Assembly (NCBI GenBank): GCA_030704615.1
Contig: CM060732.1
Span: forward strand, 59,520,001 to 59,584,000
Direction of reading: 5' to 3'
DNA: 64,000 bases
Source: Takakia lepidozioides
Taxonomy: Eukaryota > Plantae > Bryophyta
Shown here: positions 55,701 to 64,000 of the stretch, in pieces
How the letters are laid out: every line of letters begins with the position of its first letter
Position numbering within the stretch: position 1 is the stretch's first letter
Made by a program: the position numbers and the translations under genes
The notes under the pieces: generated by a model
What the model saw: only the letters and a program-made list of their open reading frames with translations
What the model was told of the DNA's origin: nothing
The model's database searches: none

Positions 55701-56095
55701 GGCTTCAGCGGGGGTGCTTGGTGTCGTTGGAAAGCCCTCGGTGAGGAGGGGTGCACCGGCTTGGTCTCATGATTTTTGGACCAGCGGTGTGGGAGATGTG
55801 GAATTTCAAGTGCTTTTGGTCGTTGGAAATTCGAGAAAAATAGCAAAGTGGGCTTTCCTGGAGCAATGATTCGCCCTTCATGTGGGAGAGTTGGAATTTC
55901 AAGTACTTTTGGTCGCTCGAAATTCAAAAAATAGCCAAGTAGATATATCGATGTATGAAGCCTTGACAAGGGAGATTGCAAAAATAGCAAAGTGGGCTTT
56001 GTTGGAACAATGACATGGAGATCTCTCAAACTGCAGGGTCTCCGGTACATTCAAGGACATTGGACATTGGACACTGGAGGTCGCATTTGGGCCTC
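49176..56095. repeat. Right arm of inverted segmental duplication; lacks 19759-24445, 18974-19395 and 16904-17620 of the left arm
   Basis: Junctions visible at ~49725, ~50089 and ~51410. Confidence 0.93.
52436..53062 (+). CDS. Second copy of intronless EBS/SHL-like BAH-PHD gene
   Basis: Differs from 15252-15878 at three residues (K/Q, L/P, R/C). Confidence 0.88.
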   Translation: MAGLPRPRTRWFHTSYTLRNGDVVHNGDNVILWPAHGDTMYVCVIERMYKEITHRYTEVEMMQVRWYYTPYDTLRGKESHHSESEVFSTNERSEQLMASIEGKCNIHTYAEYCALPWAETREGYIRDYFCRMSYDPNTGDYSHDNFPPISIVCICQVPENPDLEMIQCDGCHKWFHIICMGVTDAQRSAVSWKCPQCILTSNSRCRRR

Positions 56096-57501
56096 TGTTA
56101 GAGGACTGTCTGGGACTTAGGCACTTTTACGGGATCTGTGGGGTACCCTTAATTTTTGCACAGACTGAGACCAACAGGAGCCTTAGGGGTGACAGCAGCG
56201 CACTTTAGGGAGGGGTTACACAGCCTGTCACAGCCGCCACAGCCAGACACAATTGTCACAGCCAATCACAGCCAAACACAGCCCGTCACAGCCCGACACA
56301 GCCCAACACAGTCGCACAGCCAATCACAGCCCGACACAGCCCGTCACAGCCCAACACAGTCGCACAGCCAGTCACAGCCCGTCACAGTTTCACACAACCA
56401 GTCACAGCTTGACACAGCTGTCACGACCATAGGGAACGGATAGCAGGACAGGGAACGATTGTGGGGAACAACATCTGCGAATGGAACATGTTAGTTCACG
56501 GATGACGGTTAGTGAGGGAAACGGTTAGAACAACGGGTAGGAAGATAAAGCCAGGAGCGAGGACTGGAAAATGATCACTTCTTGGGGAATCACTTTGGGA
56601 AGGAGTTGGGGATGACTTCGGGGGAAATCAGAACTTGGAAATGAAGCGGAGAGCGCATCTCTGAGCAGAAAGAGGGAGAGCACAGAGTAGGAGGAGAACG
56701 ATCTGTTGATACTTGCTGAATGCAAGAAGTAGAGTTGTAATGTAGAGCAGAATAGAGATACCATGGCTTCAGCCTGATACTTGATAGATATTAATCTAAT
56801 ACATACTTCATACTCACACTGTGTAGAGAGATCTGAGTGAAGTTGTGGAATGAATGGATGAGTTGATGGAATCCGATAGATTGCTGAAGCAAACTGATAC
56901 TTAAATACCAACAGTAAGGTAACTAGCTAACATGAATGCGGGAAGGAAAATAAATAGGAAACACCCCCATGATACACTAGCTGTAGGTCATGACTGATTG
57001 TTCTGAGCGGGCTGAGTGCTTAGAGATTTCCAACTCTTCTATCTTGGCGTTCCCGCCTCGGATAGCGAAGGGAAGGGTGAGTAAAAGCCGCGCGACATTT
57101 GGCGACCATACTGGGGAACTGGGTCATGAACAACCAGATGTGACAGGCATCTGGTGGGATCATGGTAGATGGAGAATTAAAGAATTTGATGTGAATCAAA
57201 TTCCTTGTGAAACTGAGAAGGAAAGATTGTCCAAATGATTCTTTCAGAGGTTCTTGGAATTGCCAGACGGTTGTAAAGAAAACATTCTTAAGAGAGTGCA
57301 TGATGCTGACCCTGAGTGGGGTCTGGAGAAATGAGTGATAAAGATTTATCAGGTGGCCTGTAGAGGAAGAGCACGTTGGTTACCAACACTGGTTTATGTG
57401 ATAGCATTGCTATCCATTAAGCGAGTAGAGTTTGAAGGTTGGGAGGAAAGAAAGGTGAATGTTTATACTCATATGCATGAAGAGCTTGTACTGGTAAAGA
57501 A
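56096..57501 (-). mobile_element. LTR of a retrotransposon, interrupted by element C
   Basis: Begins TGTTA exactly where the duplication homology stops. Has CACAGCC repeats (56220-56420) and a minus-strand TATA-like TATTTAAG near 56900 followed by a CT-rich leader. Other terminus not seen. Confidence 0.55.
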
Positions 57502-57754
57502 GAGGTTTGCTATTTCATGAGCATGAGCGGCATGAGCGGCATGAGCAGAGTAGTAACACAATCGGTTTTCATGAGCAGAAGTACAAATTTCGAAAATAAA
57601 AAACAATAAAAAACAATAAAAAACAATAATTTAATGCAATGTGTCAGAAAAAACAAATATATTATTCGGCCCCTTGAAGGGAAAATTGCACTTTTGACAG
57701 TTGTGCTCATGATATTTTGTCTTCCGCTCATGCCAATTCCTAGCGACATGTGCA

Positions 57755-58115
57755 AATATGGCGCCGAATTTCGCGGTAATAGGGTCCGTAACCTGAAAAA
57801 ACGGCGACGTATTTCGCGGCAATAGGTCTCTCTGGCGAAAAATGGTGCCGAATTCCGCGGCTATAGGTCCCCTCATGACAGGTAATTCGGCGCCATTTTT
57901 CCAGTGCATGTTCGGACTTAGCCAGTTTTCGGCCCAAAAAAGAGAAATTCGGCGCCATTTTTCCAGACACGGTACCAGTGCATGTTGGGACTTAGCCAGT
58001 TTTCGGCCCCAAAAAGAGAAATTCGGCGCCATTTTCCCAAACACAGGTACCAGTGCATGTTGGGACTTAGCGAGTTTTCGGCCCCAAAAAGAGAAATTCG
58101 GCGCCATTTTTCCAG
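57755..58115. repeat. Subterminal ~75-bp tandem units with AATTCGGCGCC half-sites
   Basis: GAAATTCGGCGCCATTTT…GACTTAGC…TTTCGGCCC repeated about 3 times. Confidence 0.88.
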
Positions 58116-58271
58116 AAATGGCCCCAGAACTGCTTCTGTTGGATCTCAGTTTGAATGGAATATTGCCTCATTCCAGGAGTTTTGGGGTGCATTTCATTAC
58201 ACTGCAAAAAAAAAGTCTGATACAGCAAAATGCATTTGAAAATATCCATATGGAGGATTCCGTTTGCCCCA

Positions 58272-61200
58272 TCAATGATTTCTGGAATCCCTAAGAAGGA
58301 GTTTGTGCAGCTCGTTCACGCTCAACGCCGGTGCATGAATAAAGTCATCAATAGTCACGTTCATCCTCAACCTCTTCAGGTAAATGTAATACAGATGCTT
58401 GCACGGATAATACTTCGAACCCTTCTTTGCTTCCATCAACGAGAAGTCCGTACAGTTGCAAGTCGGCTCCACTCCAATCGTAATTGTGTATACATCGTCG
58501 CGTACAGCCGAGCCGGCCGTTGCCATCCGATACACACGCCCAAGGCCGGGTGGGGGTACGTCCACGGAGCTCTGAATAGTGCAAGCCATCCCAAGAGCAT
58601 TGGCAATCCGAGTCTCATTCAACTTGTTGGGAGGGTGTCGTCTCTTCACTCTTCCGAATCGCATTGTGGGATGTGCAGAATTGTCCAATCCGTCTCTACT
58701 GGACCGAGCAGTATGCAATGGCTGGGTCTGAGGAACCGGAAATGCGTGGGCCGGGATGTCTGTGCGTTGCACCATTCGAAATCCTGCTGCAGATAGAGCA
58801 TCCGCCTCATTCTGAGAGAGGCTGCAACCCGGTGCAACAGGCCAGACGCCCGGAGGCTCCGGCATTCCCTGAATCCCGTACTTGGGCTTGCCAAATACAC
58901 AGGTCATTATGTCGTGCCTACAGAACCAAAATGTCTGCGTTGTGGCGTGAGCAAATGTGGGAGTCAAAAATCTGCCGCTGAAACAAGGTGCAGGTACAGC
59001 ACCGTGTGGGTTCCTCCGAATCATCTCACCACAGCGTGCTCTCGTATCCACCCGGATGGCGCAACACTTCCCTCGAAATGCCGGCAATGTCCTCGCAATT
59101 CTCCACTGTGACTCCGACACTCTTGTCTCCACAATGGGAATGTTGTATTGCTTTACTACAGATGGCTCGTTATGTTGCCGGGGCACGCGCCCTGTGCTCA
59201 AAGGAGATGGCGATCTTGAACGTGCAGGACTTCCGGTGCTCGACGAGACCTCCTCGGACAACATCACCGGACCACGAGGGAGCGTGCGAATATTCTTGTC
59301 AGCTCGCCATGAATCCTCTTCTCCGCCAGGTGCCTCGTCAAGTCTTCGTCTCACTGGACGGGTATGAACATCTCCTTCCAAATGTTGGCCTCTTCGCAGC
59401 AATGGCGTGTCCCGAAGGCCCTCTCGCAAGGCCGCCGCCCACTTCCGAGGATTCTTCGATCTGGAGGCAGTCCGCATCAGCATTTCCTGCCTGTCCGGCC
59501 CCAAGCCCCACTGTTTCCCTTTCAAGAACTCGTTGTACCTGCATTGCTGCATAATTGACCTCACAATGTCCTCCGTTGTGGCAGTGAGGATGTCCACCAG
59601 ATGCGCCGCAGAGGAGGCACGCCAGGAAGAGTGCACTGATTCGGCCATGTTTGTCGTGGGCATGTCGGTGTCGGAGTCGAGACACATTTCCTGCACAAGC
59701 ACATGTTGAGGTTACAAGCAAGTTACAAATATGGCCAAGAATAATATCCAACGGGACGCGAATTCGTGCAACTCACCTCCCGCATATAGTCGCCGAACTG
59801 GAGGAAACGATAATGCCACCATGCTAGCCAACTGACCATTGCTCCTTCGTCTGATTTCCTTACAGCACCTGACGATGTCCACCAAGCCCGTATGCATGCA
59901 AACTGTGTCTCTGCATCATCCAAGGTGGGAGCGCGCTTCCACGCAAGGCACATGGAACGGTGCTCCTCTCTGAAATCTGGCGCCACGAGCCTGGTTGTGT
60001 ACTGCGAAAGGCTCTGCAGAAAGTGGAACCCACAAGATCTCTCCTTGCCTTCCATGGGAACATTGGGGTCTTGCCCGTACACCCTTCGGATGGCAGCCCA
60101 ATTTGCTTGTGCGTTGTCCGCCATGAAACCACGGAAATTGGGAGGGGGCAATCCCGCCTTGGCCATCTGTTCGTTTATTCCCTGCCAAAGAAGCATCTCC
60201 GATTGTGTGTCCTCTCCTTTCATCTCACAAATAGCAATTGTCATTAGCATCCTGCAGTGGGTGTCGTAGACATGTGCACCCATTGTCACCCACTGGTGAT
60301 TTGTAATTCGCTTGATATGGTCGAACATGACCCAACTGTTTGACAAGTTCCCACTCGTCATCCTGTCGACCAGTTCGACGCCACTGCCAGGTCCACACGT
60401 GGACATTTTGAATACGAAACAACGATCTGCCTCAGTCCCTTGTCCTGGAAACCTACTTCCATGAATGTAGTCATATCCACATCGTCGCTTCACCTCCAGA
60501 ATGGAGTGCATATCCGAGCCACGCCCAATTTTCTGTTTGCAAGAGACAATGTGGTTTCGGACATTCGGTGAACATACGTGGGACACCGACTCGAGCAATG
60601 CCTCCATTTCCTTCTCGTCGAGAGGAACTCTATCCGAGCCGTCTTCCGACATAATTCTGGCCAATGCCATCTTATGGGCGGCTTGGAGCTGTATCTGTTT
60701 GGGTTTGGCACCCGGTCTCAACTTAACCTCCTCCTGAACGAGCTGCTCTGCTTCGTGGGCAGCCTCCCGCGAGTTCCCCCTCGCCAATTTGTGACAATGG
60801 GAACCAACGTGTATGCAAGCTCGGGTGAGGTCAGGGAAACGGTGCAACACATAGAACTGCTTGGCATTACAAACAGACATGCAGTGTGGTGGTTCTTTGC
60901 AATGCGCACACTTAAATGTGGAGTTCGGAACCTTCTCCTGAGCTCGAAATGGTTGGTGAGCTGTGCCTGTCCAATCGGTCTCGTTCCTGTGACCTCTGGA
61001 TTTAAAGTGGAAGCAAGTTGGGGAGAAACACCGCAACGCGCCCGCACAAACAACGTAGCGCACCCGCACACCATCAAGCATCTTCATGCTGGTGGTTTTG
61101 GTAACGCACCAAGGATGACCGTCATGTTTTCTATCCATATCTGTCAACATTCCGGACGCCCTCGAGTAGTCCGCCCGAGGAGGGAACTCAAAGAAGACAT

Positions 61201-61835
61201 TACCGTCGACGTCGGCGGGAAGGCATGTAACCGATTTAATTGCGAACTTGCTGTAGTCCAGCCCGGCCAGCTCCGACCGGTTCTAGAATAGATCGAACTG
61301 CGGTGCTCGTGCTGGGAATATGACTCCCTCCTCCACTGACGTCCATTGAGGACTTGCCTGATCTCCAGGACGACCTCGGAACTTCCATGACCTCGTCTGA
61401 GTCGGACAGGTTGTGAACAACCCGGTTCTCGGTCGTCTTCATGGATGGGTTCGGCTCTGGATTTACTTCGTTGCGGACTTCTCTCTTTGAGGTACCCACT
61501 CTCTGATTCGCGGATTGTTTCGTGGAAGGCGCCAGGATAGACGGTGCATTTGGCGGGCAAATGAAGTCCCCAACAGCCCTGTATATGACGCTGTCCGATG
61601 GTGGAACTCGCCATTCCCTGCCATCGCCGAAATCATCGTGGAGCACAACAATACTCTCGACAACAAGGCCGTTTGAGTCCTTCCTTTCCTCCTCCAAAAA
61701 AACCGACCCCGGTTTCAGGTGGTATCGAACGCACAGATATTTCTCCATCACCCGGCAGGTGTCCCCTCTGCACGGAAATGAAGCTCTATGCTCGTGAGGA
61801 GGGCAGTACACTGTAGCGCTCGGGTTTTCCGCCAT
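58272..61835 (-). CDS. GCM/WRKY-like + MULE DDE + SWIM transposase, nearly intact
   Basis: KHDGHPW, MFDHIKR, FMADNAQANWAAI, CGFHF, NMAESVHSSW, SWIM CNCTDF…CKHLYYI. 86-bp intron at 59691-59776. One frame break near 61285 (deletion or unrecognised intron). Confidence 0.85.
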
Positions 61836-62129
61836 GGGAGATGTGCACACAAGACTGCCAGGATGGCGTGCGGGGAAGCTCCCTGGTAGAAGGGGGTGCA
61901 GCGATGGGAATGAATGCGATGCCGATTTGTCCGAGCGACGAAGCCTGATCCAAATCCAGGGAGCCAACTATCTCAAAAATCCACAGTCAGAGTGTTAATG
62001 AACCTTGTCTCGGAATGCGGCCCCTCGTCTTTGCGCAATAACTGCCAACGGTATGCAGTCAGAAAGTGGGGGGCCGTCCGGATGATGACGGCTGAAGGGG
62101 ATAAGCCGGCACCGTGCCGTCACATTACT

Positions 62130-63392
62130 ACCCCCGAATGGAAATTCGGCACCCAACATCCAACAGAGGAAGCCCGGATGAAGTCGCCTCGGGCGCAGAG
62201 GCCGGAGTGTGTGCGACAGATAACATCTTCTGGATGGAGATTCGGCGCCGAATTTCCATCCGGTCCCCCCAAAGGGAGTCGTGTCGGGGGGTCAGGCCGA
62301 AAACTGGACGGCATAAAAACATCCCCAGATGGAAAAACGGCGCCGAATTTCCATCCGGGGCGATTCGGATGCAGTCGGGGAGGGGGGAGTGGCCTGCAGT
62401 TGGCTGTCACATTTCAACCCCCGGACGGAAATTCGGCAACGAATATCGAACAGGGGACGCCCGGATGAAGTCGCCTGGGGCACAGAGGCCGGCCAGTGTG
62501 CGACAGAGAACATCCCCTGGACGGCCATTCGGCGCCGAATTTCCATCCGGGCCCCCCCAAAGGAAGTGTTGTCGGCGTGTCAGAGCGAAAACTGGCCGAC
62601 ATAAAAACCTCCACAGATGAGAAAACGGCGCCGAATTTCAATTCGGGGCCGTTCCAATGAAGTCGGGGAGGGGGGAGAGGTCGGAACCTGGCAGTCATAT
62701 TTCAACCCCCGGGACGGAAATTCGGCACCGAATATCCAACAGAGCGGCGGAGAGGCGGCACCTCTCCGACAGAGACCATCCCCCGGATGGAGATTCGGCG
62801 CCGAATTTCCATCCAGCAGGTAAGTCGGATCGGTGCCATATGGATATTCGGCGCCGAATTTCCATCCTGCAGGTAATTCGAATCGTGGATGAATGGAAAT
62901 TCGGCGCCGAATTTCCATCCAGCAGGTAAGTCGGATCGGTGCCATATGGATATTCGGCGCCGAATTTCCATCCTGCAGGTAATTCGAATCGTGGATGAAT
63001 GGAAATTCGGCGCCGAATTTCCATCCAGCAGGTAAGTCGGATCGGTGCCATATGGATATTCGGCGCCGAATTTCCATCCTGCAGGTAATTCGAATCGTGG
63101 ATGAATGGAAATTCGGCGCCGAATTTCCATCCAGCAGGTAAGTCGGATCGGTGCCATATGGATATTCGGCGCCGAATTTCCATCCTGCAGGTAATTCGAA
63201 TCGTGGATGAATGGAAATTCGGCGCCGAATTTCCATCCAGCAGGTAAGTCGGATCGGTGCCATATGGATATTCGGCGCCGAATTTCCATCCTGCAGGTAA
63301 TTCGAATCGTGGATGAATGGAAATTCGGCGCCGAATTTCCATCCAGCAGGTAAGTCGGATCGGTGCCGTATGGATATTCGGCGCCGGATTTC
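62130..63392. repeat. Palindrome array ATGGAAATTCGGCGCCGAATTTCCAT: ~290-bp units, then ~5.5 near-perfect 106-bp units (2 palindromes each, 53-bp period)
   Basis: TAAGTCGGAT recurs at 62821, 62927, 63033, 63139, 63245 and 63351; GGCGCC centres fall every 53 bp. Confidence 0.95.
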
Positions 63393-63777
63393 CACTCGCC
63401 ATTTATTTCTGAGCGAGGAATTACCTTCGTGCAGGTAATTCCCATATAAGAATTACCTTCGTGCAGGTAATTCGCATACAAGAATTACCTTTGTGCAGGT
63501 AATTTCCAGATGACAATTACCTTCCTGCAGGTAATTCCAATCGATGTTTATTCCTCGTCCAGAATTACCTGCACAAAGGTAATTCTCATCTGGAAATTAC
63601 CTGCATGAAGGTAATTCTTGTATGTGAATTACCTGCACGAAGGTAATTCTTATATGGGAATTACCTGCACGGAGGTAATTCCTCGCTCAGAAATAAATGG
63701 CGAATCGAAATTCGGCGCCGAATATCCATATGGCACCGATCCGACTTACCTGCAGGATGGAAATTCGGCGCCGAATT
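63322..63777. repeat. Long inverted repeat (216-bp arms, 24-nt loop) containing eight GAATTACCT-N6-AGGTAATTC palindromes
   Basis: Arms 63322-63537 and 63562-63777; inner palindromes at a 32-bp period (63418, 63450, 63482, 63514). Confidence 0.92.
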
Positions 63778-64000
63778 ACCTGCTTGAAGGAAATTTGGCG
63801 AACCGCCCTACCTGCGCGGATGGAAATTCGGCGCCGGATTTCCATCCGCGCGCATCCGAATTACCTGCTTGAAGGAAATTTGGCGCACCGCCCTACCTGC
63901 GCGGATGGAAATTCGGCGCCGGATTTCCATCCGGGCGCATCCGAATTACCTGCGCGGATGGAAATTCGGCGCCGGATTTCCATCCGCGCGCATCCGAATT

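Larger units (their letters stand above)
57502..64000. mobile_element. Element C: third member of the MULE group (runs off the window)
   Basis: Terminus GAGGTTT-GCTA-TTTC-ATGAGC with repeated ATGAGC. Transposase homologous to element A and oriented the same way relative to the end. Own palindrome arrays. Confidence 0.85.

Noticed and set aside
56096-57558. Solo LTR TGTTA…TAACA
   Set aside because: No 5-bp TSD or PPT/PBS at 57558, and that TAACA lies within the ATGAGC-rich terminus of element C.
62580-63481. Long ORFs (235-271 aa) with repeated WKFGAE/MEIRRRIS
   Set aside because: Artefact of a stop-free 106-bp tandem repeat read in all frames.

Overview
Repeat-rich land-plant genomic DNA. 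GT-AG introns, PAL and a chloroplast J-protein point to a plant; a moss/bryophyte origin is inferred, not proven. Host genes are a PAL pseudogene split by a transposon, an intact ATJ8-like DnaJ gene, and two inverted copies of an intronless EBS/SHL-like BAH-PHD gene. The main result is a family of large Mutator-like (MULE) DNA transposons without long TIRs, seen here as three diverged members (933-11864; 19706-24993 plus 47830-49779; 57502->64000). The complete 10.9-kb member has a 9-bp TSD and two divergently transcribed genes. One is a GCM/WRKY-like zinc finger + MULE DDE + SWIM transposase. The other is a spliced cargo gene fusing a ParB/Srx-like domain (DGNHR) to a beta-class N6A/N4C DNA-methyltransferase-like domain. 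Each member also carries its own long palindrome in many non-coding copies, often spaced by whole helical turns. Together these suggest a transposon-borne ParB/parS-like self-recognition and DNA-modification (possibly anti-silencing) module; the function is inferred. The window also holds a large inverted segmental duplication (12214-24993 vs 49176-56095) and many small TEs: CACTA, hAT and piggyBac-type MITEs, SINEs, an LTR, a Copia gag fragment and a Helitron-like end.
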